Part shown: in pieces, positions 17,007 to 25,703 of the stretch
Position numbering within the stretch: the first letter of the stretch is position 1
Layout of the letters: every line of letters starts with the position of its first letter
Assembly (NCBI GenBank): GCA_963726395.1
Contig: CAVSCG010000022.1
Span: 8,345-72,344 of the forward strand
Length of the DNA stretch: 64,000 nt
Direction: 5' to 3'
Origin: an uncultured delta proteobacterium
Lineage (GTDB): Bacteria > Desulfobacterota > Syntrophia > Syntrophales > Smithellaceae
Translations under genes and position numbers: made by a program
Notes under the pieces: model-generated
Seen by the model: only the letters and a program-made list of their open reading frames with translations
Database searches by the model: none
What the model was told of the DNA's origin: nothing

Positions 17007-17306
17007 TTATAAGTTGCTATAACTTATTTTGCGGCCGGAGCGCAGGAGCTGCTTCTTCAACTTTCTTTCTTCGGCTTTCTTTTCGGCTTTCTTTGCTTTC
17101 TTTGCTTTCTTTGCTTTCTTTACTTCTTTCTTCTCTGCTTTCTTCACATCAGCCTTTGCGGGCTCTGCGGGTGTTGCAGGTGTTGCGGGTGTTGCTGCAA
17201 CGGCGGGAGCTGCTTTTGCGGGAGCTGCTTTGTCAGCCGGAGCTGCAATTGCCGGGGTGCTCAATGCGAAAACCACTGCTACAACAAACAATACTAAACG
17301 CTTCAT
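17007..17306 (-). CDS. secreted Ala/Pro/Lys-rich low-complexity protein
   Basis: Signal peptide MKRLVLFVVAVVFALSTPAIA, then AP/AK repeats and KKAKKAKKAKKAEKK. The DNA carries 9-bp tandem repeats (CTTTGCTTT) at about 17085-17125. Confidence 0.55.
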   Translation of the reverse strand: MKRLVLFVVAVVFALSTPAIAAPADKAAPAKAAPAVAATPATPATPAEPAKADVKKAEKKEVKKAKKAKKAKKAEKKAEERKLKKQLLRSGRKISYSNL

Positions 17307-17418
17307 CTTAAAATCCTCCTTGTTAATAGTTTTTTGATTAACCCTTAAATTATTTTAAGGGACTCCACCTATAGAAAGGCATCCTACGAATTACTTCGTA
17401 GCGGATGCTGGTTTCTCT

Positions 17419-17787
17419 TTAATCTGCTTTGGTTCCATTTTTACCGGGATTTTTTACTGCTCCCGGTTTGTCCACTCTGGATGCTGTCAACTTACCATCT
17501 TTAACGCTGTAATCAATTTTCACAGAATCGTTCACCGCAATACCCTGTACTGGATTCTCCAGCGCGAATTCCATGATCTCTATATCGCCTTTAATACTTC
17601 GTGCGATCTTAATGGCCTTGTCGGAAATTTCTACAACCTTTCCCCGGGCATTCATTTTAGCCGTTTTCACGTTAGTCGTTTTCAAAACGACACCCTGGTT
17701 TGTCTCTGTTGCAGTCTTGTCGGCGGCATATGCAAATGCAGCCAAAAGACAAATCACACCAGTCAAACAAACCAAAGTTTTTTTCAT
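17419..17787 (-). CDS. secreted hypothetical protein
   Basis: 122 aa with signal peptide MKKTLVCLTGVICLLAAFAYA. No recognised motif. Confidence 0.5.
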   Translation of the reverse strand: MKKTLVCLTGVICLLAAFAYAADKTATETNQGVVLKTTNVKTAKMNARGKVVEISDKAIKIARSIKGDIEIMEFALENPVQGIAVNDSVKIDYSVKDGKLTASRVDKPGAVKNPGKNGTKAD

Positions 17788-18083
17788 TCTATAGCGATCT
17801 CCCGATCATTTCTGCCCGTTATACAGCAACGAGTATGCCAACTTCAGAATCAGTCTATGAGTTGTCTATTTACCTGTAATCATGAAGAATATATTTTTGG
17901 CGGCTGTCTGCTCGTTTTCATTGGTTGGTTATGAGGGGAATAACTCCCCAGGCGATGGAGAAAAATGCATCAATTTTTAGAAATGGCCCGGACGTCTTTT
18001 TGCCTGGAGACTTTATGATCGGCAAATTGATCAATTGACCGGTTTTGCCGATCTGTGATAGCTTTTAAATTCATGGGGATGCA

Positions 18084-19436
18084 ATGAAAAATTTAGCTAG
18101 TATGGATACCGATGTCGTTGTAATCGGTGGTGGTGCGGCCGGTCTGATGGCCGCCGGACGAGCAGCCCAACTGGGCGCTCGCGTATTACTTTTGGAAAAA
18201 ACGGACAGTTGCGGTAATAAGATTCTGGTCAGCGGCAAGACGCGTTGCAATCTGACCAACGCCGCCGAACTCAAAGCGTTCATTGCGATGTATGGTCAAA
18301 ACGGACGCTTTCTGCACAGCGCGTTTTCCCGCTTCTTCCGTCCGGAACTGCTTGCCTTTTTCGAACAATACGGTCTCGCCACAAAAGTGGAACGCGGCGG
18401 CAGAGTTTTTCCCGTTTCTGATGACGCCCGCGACGTGGTGCTTGTTTTTCAAAAATATCTATCTGAAAACAAAGTGCGCACGATTTTCAATGCCCGGGTA
18501 AGCTCTGTGAGACTGGATGAAAATGCTCAATTCGTCGTTGAAACAACGAGCGGTCAATATTTTTCCCGGACCGTCATTATCGCCACCGGCGGCGCTTCCT
18601 GGCCAGGTACTGGTTCGACCGGTGACGGCTATACAATAAGCGAGACGCTTGGCCATACCATTGTCAAGCCTAAGCCCGCATTGGTTCCCCTGATTGTCCA
18701 CGAACTAAAACTTGCCAAGTCCATGCAGGGTGTCTCCTTGCGCAATGTCCGCGCTACCGCGTTTCAAGGCAAAGCCGTCACGGTAGATGCCGCCCTTACA
18801 CCCCATGGTGACTATGGCCGCGGAGAAAAGAAAATTGCCCGGCCGCCGCTCATTGAAAGCCGTTTTGGTGAAATGCTCTTTACGCACTTTGGTCTGGGTG
18901 GACCGATTATCCTGCTCATGAGCTTAGCTGTTGTTGAAGCTATGGAAAACGGACCTGTTTCTATCCTGATCGATTTAAAACCGGCCTTGTCGAAAGAACA
19001 ATTACGAAAGCGGTTGCAATCGGATTTGAACAAATTCGGCAAAAGGAAAATTGCGAGTATTCTGAAAGAATATCTGCCGGCGAAAATGATTGACCCTTTT
19101 ATCGTCCTAACCGGCATGGACGAGGCAAAACAGGCGCATCAGGTAAGCGCCGACGAGCGGGAAAAAATTATCGATTTGTTCAAGGCGTTGCGTTTCAATG
19201 TAAAAGACTCGCTGCCGCTGTCTAAGGCTATCGTGACGGCGGGCGGCGTCGCGCTCGATGAAATTGATCCGCGTACCCTGTCGTCTAAAAAACGACCCGG
19301 TCTGTACTTTTGCGGCGAGGTGATGGATATTGACGCGGATACCGGCGGATATAATTTGCAGGCGGCTTTCTCGACAGGCTGCGTGGCGGGAGAAAGTGCC
19401 GCCGGGTATGTCAAGTCCCTATCCAAACAATCATGA
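18084..19436 (+). CDS. BaiN/HI0933-family NAD(P)/FAD-dependent oxidoreductase
   Basis: DVVVIGGGAAGLMAA...LLLEK...GNKILVSGKTRCNLTN is the family signature, plus C-terminal GEVMDIDADTGGYNLQ. Confidence 0.8.
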   Translation: MKNLASMDTDVVVIGGGAAGLMAAGRAAQLGARVLLLEKTDSCGNKILVSGKTRCNLTNAAELKAFIAMYGQNGRFLHSAFSRFFRPELLAFFEQYGLATKVERGGRVFPVSDDARDVVLVFQKYLSENKVRTIFNARVSSVRLDENAQFVVETTSGQYFSRTVIIATGGASWPGTGSTGDGYTISETLGHTIVKPKPALVPLIVHELKLAKSMQGVSLRNVRATAFQGKAVTVDAALTPHGDYGRGEKKIARPPLIESRFGEMLFTHFGLGGPIILLMSLAVVEAMENGPVSILIDLKPALSKEQLRKRLQSDLNKFGKRKIASILKEYLPAKMIDPFIVLTGMDEAKQAHQVSADEREKIIDLFKALRFNVKDSLPLSKAIVTAGGVALDEIDPRTLSSKKRPGLYFCGEVMDIDADTGGYNLQAAFSTGCVAGESAAGYVKSLSKQS

Positions 19437-20714
19437 TGGATGGGCATTAGATGATTTCTGCGGGAATGTTTCCTTCACCAGAGTACTGGCTAAAAGGGCA
19501 CCAAAGATAGCAACTAAGCAAACCTTGAACACGGCCGAATAAGCATCAGCGCTGTATCGACCATCGACAGCTCCGAAAAAATCCAGATACCAGCCTATCA
19601 GTGGCTGGCCCAAAGCGGCTCCGGCAAAGGGAAAAATGTTCATCAAGCCGGTGGCTGTGCCTGAAATCTGCTGCGGAAACAATTCCTTGACGGATGAATA
19701 GCCAACCGCAGCCATACCCGATAACGCAAAGCTGTAAGTAAAGCACCAGACATAGAGCATACTAGTTGGGAAATTGCCGGTAAAAAAAGCCAGCGGGATA
19801 AACACACACAGTGCGAAAATCTGGTTGAGGACGATTACTTTTTTGCGGGAGTGTAGTACGCTGTCGGAAAGCCAGCTCATGGTCGGAGAGCCAATAATCA
19901 AACCGATAGCAAACATCGATAATACAGCGCCCGCTTGTGCTCTCGGCATTCCGTAAACATGCATTAAGAAGGGACCGGCCCACAGGCCAATGAAACTCAG
20001 AGATACTCCGGCTCCCAAAAAACTACATAATGCCAACGGCCAAAACCAGGGCATTTTAATCACCATTCCAATGCCCTGCAGCATGCCGATTTTGTCTTCG
20101 GGCTTTGTTGATGTTACAGAACCGTTTAAGGGTTGAAAACCTAATTCCTCGGGGGTGTCCTTGACCAGGAGCCATACGGCCAGTGCAACGGCAAGCGTTG
20201 CCACTCCGATAACAATCATACTGCCGCGCCATCCCATCGCATCGCTAAGCAACGCCAGGGGTGTTGCCGCTGTATAGGCTCCCACACCGCCCATCGACAT
20301 GAGAATACCTGTCATGCGAACGAACTTTTCCGACTCGAACCAGTTGGTAAGAATCTTCAATGTCGGCACAAAAACCATCGCCACACCGAGACCCACCAAA
20401 ACCCGGGCGGCAATTGCCATGCCCACGGTTTGCGCAAAACCCAGCACAACCGATCCCACTGCGGCAAAGATAAAAAAGAAGGTTACCGACCGGCGCGGTC
20501 CCCAGGAGTCGGATAACAGGCCCGCGGGAATCTGCATCAATGCATAGGAGTAGAAATAGGCTGATGCCAGAATGCCCATCAGCGCACCGCCGGTTTTCAA
20601 ATCGCGCATCATGTCCACAGCGACTATCGCCGGAGCAAGCCGGTGAAAGAAAACCAGGATGTAGGCGGCGCCCAGAATGCCGAATATCAGGTAGCGGTAT
20701 TTAACAAAGCTCAT
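19431..20714 (-). CDS. MFS transporter
   Basis: 427 aa with about 12 TM and an MFS loop motif (LSDSWGPRR). Confidence 0.8.
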   Translation of the reverse strand: MSFVKYRYLIFGILGAAYILVFFHRLAPAIVAVDMMRDLKTGGALMGILASAYFYSYALMQIPAGLLSDSWGPRRSVTFFFIFAAVGSVVLGFAQTVGMAIAARVLVGLGVAMVFVPTLKILTNWFESEKFVRMTGILMSMGGVGAYTAATPLALLSDAMGWRGSMIVIGVATLAVALAVWLLVKDTPEELGFQPLNGSVTSTKPEDKIGMLQGIGMVIKMPWFWPLALCSFLGAGVSLSFIGLWAGPFLMHVYGMPRAQAGAVLSMFAIGLIIGSPTMSWLSDSVLHSRKKVIVLNQIFALCVFIPLAFFTGNFPTSMLYVWCFTYSFALSGMAAVGYSSVKELFPQQISGTATGLMNIFPFAGAALGQPLIGWYLDFFGAVDGRYSADAYSAVFKVCLVAIFGALLASTLVKETFPQKSSNAHPS

Positions 20715-20777
20715 ATTCGTTGTGCAGAGAGGAGAATCTGTTTTGCAAATCCATAAAATTCATACAAAATACGATGA

Positions 20778-21128
20778 TCATAATTCCGGGACACCCGATG
20801 GAATGAGACAGGCAAAAATCAAGCGCTCTTTGCCGGAATTGCGAATTTGATGCTCTTCATTGGACGGAGCAAATATCACATCCCCAGCCTGGAGAGGCTG
20901 CCATTTCCCATTTCCGTAAACTTCGCCGAACCCTGCGTGGATAAAAATTTCGTGTTCCCAGGCGTGCGTGTGCCTTGGGGAATGCCCACCGGGAGCAATT
21001 TCAAAGATGCGCATGCAAAAATGATTTGCCTCGTCACTCCTGCCGATCATGACACGGCCGGAAACGCCTTCGGCCTGGTCGTTGTCAAAATGGGTTGGGG
21101 GAACGGATGTATAATGAATAATCTTCAT
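20778..21128 (-). CDS. cupin-domain protein
   Basis: 116 aa with cupin motifs GGHSPRHTHAWEHEIF and GDVIFAPSNEEH. Confidence 0.75.
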   Translation of the reverse strand: MKIIHYTSVPPTHFDNDQAEGVSGRVMIGRSDEANHFCMRIFEIAPGGHSPRHTHAWEHEIFIHAGFGEVYGNGKWQPLQAGDVIFAPSNEEHQIRNSGKERLIFACLIPSGVPEL

Positions 21129-21211
21129 GATGTTTTCCTTATTGATGACGATCGCCCCTGGGTATCTTTACTGAATAGCGTCGTCAATAAAGTATTTCAA
21201 AATCGAATATT

Positions 21212-22798
21212 TCAACTTTTTTCCATAGTCTTATGGAATTGTATTTGCGGCCATTCTTCCATGGTATGGGAAAGCCGCCAATCGCTCAGAGCCAGATAAA
21301 CCAGATTTCCTTCCGTGTCCATTGCCAAGTTTATCAGATTCTTTTTCTGGAAATCCTCCATTTTTCTGGCGTCATCGCAGGTGACCCAGCGGGTAGCCGC
21401 GTAATCAGCTTTTTCATAGTCGGCGTAAACACTATACTCGTTTTTCAGACGCGACATGGTTACATCAAATTGCAGCGAGCCTACAGCGCCCAGGATATTA
21501 TCCGATCCCCATAGGGGTTTAAAGACCTGAATCGCGCCTTCTTCCGAAAGCTGAGTCAACCCTTTGTGCAAATGTTTCAGTCGCAGTGGGTCTTTGAGCC
21601 GCACCCGGCAGAAATGCTCAGGGGCGAAATGCGGAATGCCGGTAAACTTGAGCGGTTCTTTTTGCGTGAAAGTATCGCCGACTTTGATCGTACCGTGGTT
21701 ATGGATACCGATAATATCGCCCGGATAAGCTTCTTCTATATTGGTGCGGTCTTGCGCCATAAAGATGGTGGCATTGGATAAAGAAACTTCCTTGCCGATA
21801 CGGTGTTGCATGACGTGCATACCCCGTTCAAATTTGCCGGAACAAATCCTCATAAACGCAATGCGGTCTCGATGTGCCGGGTCCATGTTGGCCTGAATTT
21901 TGAAAACAAAGCCCGAAAAATCATCTTCATCCGGATTGACGACCCGTGTGGTGGTGGGGCGCGGGACAGGAGGCGGGGCGATTTCAACAAAAGCATCCAG
22001 CAATTCTTTCACACCGAAATTATTGATGGCGCTGCCGAAGAAAACCGGCGTCTGGCCGGCTTTTAAATATTCTTTGATATCAAGAGGATTGGCCGCGCCT
22101 TCCAAGAGAGCGATTTCCTCGCGAAGTTCTTTGGCTTGGCTGTCCAGCAATTCATCAAGTAATGGATCGGACAAATCGCTGATCACAACCCCGTCTTCCG
22201 AGCGCCTCGCTTTTCCCGGTGTGAACAGATGCAGCTTTTTGTCGTACAGGTTATAGACGCCCTTGAATCGTTTGCCCATCCCGATGGGCCAAGACAAGGG
22301 CGAGCATTCAATCTGCAATTTATCTTCGATATCCGCCAGAATATCCAGCGGCGCCAGGCAGTCGCGGTCCATTTTGTTGATGAAGGTAATAATCGGTGTA
22401 TTGCGCAGACGGCAGACTTCCATGAGCTTTTGCGTTTGCGTCTCTACCCCTTTGGCGCCGTCGATTACCATCAACGCGCTGTCCACTGCGGTGAGTACGC
22501 GATACGTGTCTTCGGAAAAGTCCTGGTGCCCCGGGGTGTCCAGCAGATTGATTTCGCAATCGGCATATTCAAACTTCATAACAGACGAGGTAACGGAAAT
22601 GCCGCGTTCCTTTTCAATGGACATCCAGTCACTCAAGGCGTGTTTTGATGCTTTGCGGGCTTTTACTGCGCCGGCCATCTGGATGGCGCCGCCGAAAAGC
22701 AGCAGCTTTTCAGTAAGCGTCGTCTTACCCGCATCGGGATGGCTGATGATCCCGAAGGTGCGCCTTCGTTCAATTTCTTTTTGCAGTTGCTTGCTCAA
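21212..22798 (-). CDS. prfC: peptide chain release factor 3
   Basis: [30 protein letters not shown] and full-length RF3 similarity. I place the start at TTG 22798 (AGAGG RBS 5 nt upstream). The longer ORF to 22849 extends into the tandem repeat. Confidence 0.9.
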   Translation of the reverse strand: MSKQLQKEIERRRTFGIISHPDAGKTTLTEKLLLFGGAIQMAGAVKARKASKHALSDWMSIEKERGISVTSSVMKFEYADCEINLLDTPGHQDFSEDTYRVLTAVDSALMVIDGAKGVETQTQKLMEVCRLRNTPIITFINKMDRDCLAPLDILADIEDKLQIECSPLSWPIGMGKRFKGVYNLYDKKLHLFTPGKARRSEDGVVISDLSDPLLDELLDSQAKELREEIALLEGAANPLDIKEYLKAGQTPVFFGSAINNFGVKELLDAFVEIAPPPVPRPTTTRVVNPDEDDFSGFVFKIQANMDPAHRDRIAFMRICSGKFERGMHVMQHRIGKEVSLSNATIFMAQDRTNIEEAYPGDIIGIHNHGTIKVGDTFTQKEPLKFTGIPHFAPEHFCRVRLKDPLRLKHLHKGLTQLSEEGAIQVFKPLWGSDNILGAVGSLQFDVTMSRLKNEYSVYADYEKADYAATRWVTCDDARKMEDFQKKNLINLAMDTEGNLVYLALSDWRLSHTMEEWPQIQFHKTMEKS

Positions 22799-22807
22799 AA
22801 TAACCTC

Positions 22808-22961
22808 TAATCCCGCTGCGCTTCGCTCGTGGGATAATTCGACTTGCAAATTTCAGTGCGCTTCACTTCTGAAAATGGTGTCATTAATCCCGCTGCGCTT
22901 CGCTCGTGGGATAATTCGACTTGCAAATTCCAGTGCGCTTCACTTCTGAAATTTGAGTCTC
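22808..22961. repeat. 2 x 77-bp tandem direct repeat forming the prfC upstream/leader region
   Basis: Units 22808-22884 and 22885-22961 are about 93 % identical. On the minus strand each has two hairpins that both present GAAGCGCA. Confidence 0.85.
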
Positions 22962-23091
22962 ATTAATAAAAAAACGGGCATACGCCCGACTTGCCTTCCG
23001 TATTAACCGATAAATCTCTTGCTGTCAACGGACAAGAAAACCATCGCTGGGCTCATCAGGCCTCCCCCTATCCGTTTTGTCGAAAAATTCC

Positions 23092-23119
23092 TTGACAAAT
23101 AGCGCATGTTGAATAAAAG
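23092..23119 (+). promoter_or_regulatory. candidate sigma-70 promoter of tRNA-Gly
   Basis: TTGACA (23092-23097), a 16-nt spacer and TAAAAG (23114-23119), 13 nt before the tRNA 5' end. Confidence 0.5.
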
Positions 23120-23132
23120 TCACCGGCCATGA

Positions 23133-23207
23133 GCGGGCGTAATTCAGTGGTAGAATGTCAGCTTCCCAAGCTGGACGTCGCCGGTTCGAGCCCGGTCGCC
23201 CGCTCCA
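23133..23207 (+). tRNA. tRNA-Gly (anticodon CCC)
   Basis: GCGGGCG acceptor stem pairs with CGCCCGC. D-arm is AGTGGTAGA, the anticodon loop TTCCCAA, and the T-arm GGTTCGAGCCC. CCA is encoded. Confidence 0.9.
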
Positions 23208-23624
23208 TTTAATATCAATAACTTAGAATGTTTTTTTGTTCATATAAAAACTAATATAATAATCATTTCCAACCTTCAGCGTTAAAAAAGGGGGTTTTTA
23301 GGTTCAACATTTCATTGCCCGGATAAGCCGGACGGGGGCATGGTCATATTTAAAAGCCGACCCCTCGATATCTAATCCCCTATAAAAATCCGGAAAACAA
23401 AAGAGGGTCACCAAAGTGACCAATAAACCTAATAAGTCAACTAATGCAAATGACTAATTTATCATAGGAAACATACAGGGATAGTTGACACTAAGTAACC
23501 AGAAAAAGAAATAAAAAAAGAATTGCGTTTATGGGTAGTGGGTAGGCCCGGGGGCAGAGCGTCAACGGTATGGAACCATATCCGATTTAAGGTATCCTTT
23601 AACGCTCTACACGCAAAGGGTCAA

Positions 23625-23675
23625 GACTTCGGTGATCTTGAAAAATCAGTGATCGGATTTCTGTTTTGTTCTTCC
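23625..23675 (+). repeat. about 50-nt direct repeat, copy 1 (partner 25454-25503)
   Basis: GACTTCGGTGATCTTGAAAAATCAGTGATCGGATTTCTGTTTTGTTCTTCC compared with GATTCGTGGATCTTGAAAAATAAGTGATCGGATTCTTTTATCTATTCTTCC. Confidence 0.7.
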
Positions 23676-23832
23676 TCCTGTTGTTTTTCATGTTTTCCCA
23701 TTTAATACGAAATTTCAATAAGAAATAATCAAATAATGGCTGAACTCTAAATGAGCATGTGTTACAAGTATCGGGGGCTGGTCAATTTAGAGATTGAAAT
23801 AAAATTGCTGCCCTAAAATTGCTGGGGTTTAT

Positions 23833-24723
23833 ATGACGGTCGAAAAGACAAGAACAACGGGTATCATACTTTCTATATTTCACAGTATTCCGCTGGTCTT
23901 GCGAAAAGGTTTTTTTCGTAGTCTCTTTTTCTTGTTTTATCATTTAGGCGCGAAACACCGCATAATTGTTCTCCATAATCTCTGCCGCTCCTTTCCAGAA
24001 AAGGAACTTAAGGAACTGCAAAAGATCGCGATGGGGGTCTATCGCCATTTTGCGATCGTGGCTGCGGAGTTTTTCGACCTGCCATTTATTACACGAGAAA
24101 ACATTCACGAATGGGCGGATGTGGAAGGGTTGGATAATTATCAGGCAGCTATCGCCCAAGGTAAAGGCGTATTGTCCATTGTTTCCCATTTCGGCAACTG
24201 GGAATTAATGACCATTGCCGTGCCCATGTTTGCTAAACCGATGTATATCGTCCATCGACCTTTGCGCAACCCTGTCATTGATAACCTTGTGGAGTATGTG
24301 CGGACCATCCATGGCAATGTTATGATCACAAAGGGGGGATCCGGCAAACTGATCATGGAACTCCTTACGGCGAACCATGTGATTGGAATTTTGAGTGATC
24401 AGAATGTGTCGGTGCATGAAGGGATGTTTGTTGATTTTTTCGGACGTCCTGCTTGTTCAGGCGTAGGTCTTGCGGTTATGGCACTGCGTTCAGGGGCACC
24501 TGTTATTCCAGCCTTCATGGTCAGACAGAAATCAGGGAAATACAGACTTATCCTGAAGCCGGCTGTAAAAATCATCCGGACAGGAACATACGAGATGGAT
24601 TTGTTAGAAAATACACAGCAGTTCACGAAGATTGTGGAAGAGGTCGTTCGGGAATATCCGGACCAGTACTTTTGGTTTCACCAGCGGTGGAAGACGAAGA
24701 AATGTCAGATTGAGAGAAAATAA
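23833..24723 (+). CDS. lipid A biosynthesis lauroyl/myristoyl acyltransferase-family protein (LpxL/HtrB-like)
   Basis: 296 aa with an N-terminal TM, an SHFGNWE motif and an ILSDQN motif typical of lysophospholipid/Kdo2-lipid IVA acyltransferases. Confidence 0.75.
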   Translation: MTVEKTRTTGIILSIFHSIPLVLRKGFFRSLFFLFYHLGAKHRIIVLHNLCRSFPEKELKELQKIAMGVYRHFAIVAAEFFDLPFITRENIHEWADVEGLDNYQAAIAQGKGVLSIVSHFGNWELMTIAVPMFAKPMYIVHRPLRNPVIDNLVEYVRTIHGNVMITKGGSGKLIMELLTANHVIGILSDQNVSVHEGMFVDFFGRPACSGVGLAVMALRSGAPVIPAFMVRQKSGKYRLILKPAVKIIRTGTYEMDLLENTQQFTKIVEEVVREYPDQYFWFHQRWKTKKCQIERK

Positions 24724-24756
24724 TATCTACGTCGCATACCACAATTCAAATGGTAA

Positions 24757-25391
24757 GTGCGCCACGAGGCTGCACAAGAGATGAGGGGTGAGGGCCCTCG
24801 AAGCCGGTTTGCAGGAGCAGGCTTCAAACCACCTTGAGCTGCATTGGTAAAGAGCCATTGTGGTGAGCGTCAAGGCAAAAGGCATGGCAAAAGACCATGT
24901 CAGGTGAGGATCAGGGAGGCGAGCGCAAGCGAACTACTTCTGAGGTGTCGAAATGAATTGGACGATGTCAGAACTGGAGGTCTTACGGAACTCCAGGATA
25001 AGTCCAAGGGGTACCTGTTTACTGCTTGGGCGGCATCCGGCATAAAGGTAGCGCGAACCTGATACAGGCTCTTGTGTGGAACGTGGGAACCTGTCGTTCC
25101 GATGATAAGGGAGAAATTCAAGTGGAGGAAACCACAAGAATGAGAGTACCGATGCGGGGCACGGGGGCGGACCAACTTGTAGTAGTGTTGAAGTTCCTGT
25201 AATGGGAATGGAGCGAAGGGGTTGGATCATCTGGTCTTATTGTTTGGTCAACCAGAGATGGGAGGAGCCAGGTGATAGGGTAAAACCGCCAAGTTTAGTT
25301 TGGTGGTGGGATGATAAGAGCCGTATGACGGGAGACTGTCACGTACGGATCCGTGGGAGCGTGGGGGTGAAATTCCCCTGCGCCACCCGAC
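24757..25391 (+). mobile_element. ORF-less group II intron
   Basis: 5' GTGCG at 24757. Canonical 34-nt domain V at 25318-25351 (GAGCCGTATGACGG-GAGA-CTGTCACGTACGGATC, with AGC triad, GNRA loop and 2-nt bulge). Domain VI has a bulged A (25385) 7 nt from a 3' ...GAC end. Domain IV is reduced to a short hairpin, so no RT/maturase ORF is present. Confidence 0.7.
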
Positions 25392-25453
25392 TCGTCAATT
25401 CTGAAAACTGCCCATTATTGAGACTTAGGTAGGTGAAGTCTGCACTTCCGCTG

Positions 25454-25503
25454 ATTCGTGGATCTTGAAAAATAAGTGATCGGATTCTTTTATCTATTCT
25501 TCC
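25454..25503 (+). repeat. about 50-nt direct repeat, copy 2 (partner 23625-23675)
   Basis: See copy 1. It begins 62 nt after the intron 3' end and about 200 nt upstream of lnt. Confidence 0.7.
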
Positions 25504-25703
25504 GGGAAATAAAGCGTCTGGCAATTTTGAAAGGCATACATCTTTCCAATTGGAAATAAACACAATTAACGTCCTACAATAAACATTGATGCTCCCCACC
25601 TTTTGTATTCAACATTCAATTGACACGCAATTTCATTCTTCATATACTCCTGCCGCGTTATCCTTTGAATGCAACTTGGTATTACGAATCGTAAAGGTCG
25701 AAT

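Noticed and set aside
22263-22949. Long antisense or overlapping ORFs inside well-supported genes. Examples: 22263-22949 opposite prfC, 42226-42921 and 42341-43027 opposite pgk, 49850-50740 opposite cinA, 54413-55117 opposite alaS, 47071-47652 opposite the PFK-2-like gene, 33220-33699 opposite the permease.
   Set aside because: They have no recognisable motifs and low-complexity or Arg/Ser-rich composition typical of the antisense frames of coding DNA. The opposite strand carries strongly conserved genes.
22808-22961. CRISPR-like array (direct repeats).
   Set aside because: There are only two contiguous 77-bp units with no spacers and no cas genes. It is a simple tandem duplication. No other CRISPR-like periodicity was seen in the window.
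23208-23832. Genomic island or integrative element at tRNA-Gly (AT-rich 600-bp non-coding stretch directly after the tRNA).
   Set aside because: No integrase, excisionase or transposase ORF is present. I found no duplication of the tRNA 3' end downstream. Only the about 50-nt repeats reported separately remain.
25202-25432. 76-aa ORF (..SRMTGDCHVRIRGSVGVKFPCATR..) as a protein-coding gene.
   Set aside because: It is the translation of group II intron domains V/VI, a known artefact peptide. It has no RBS.
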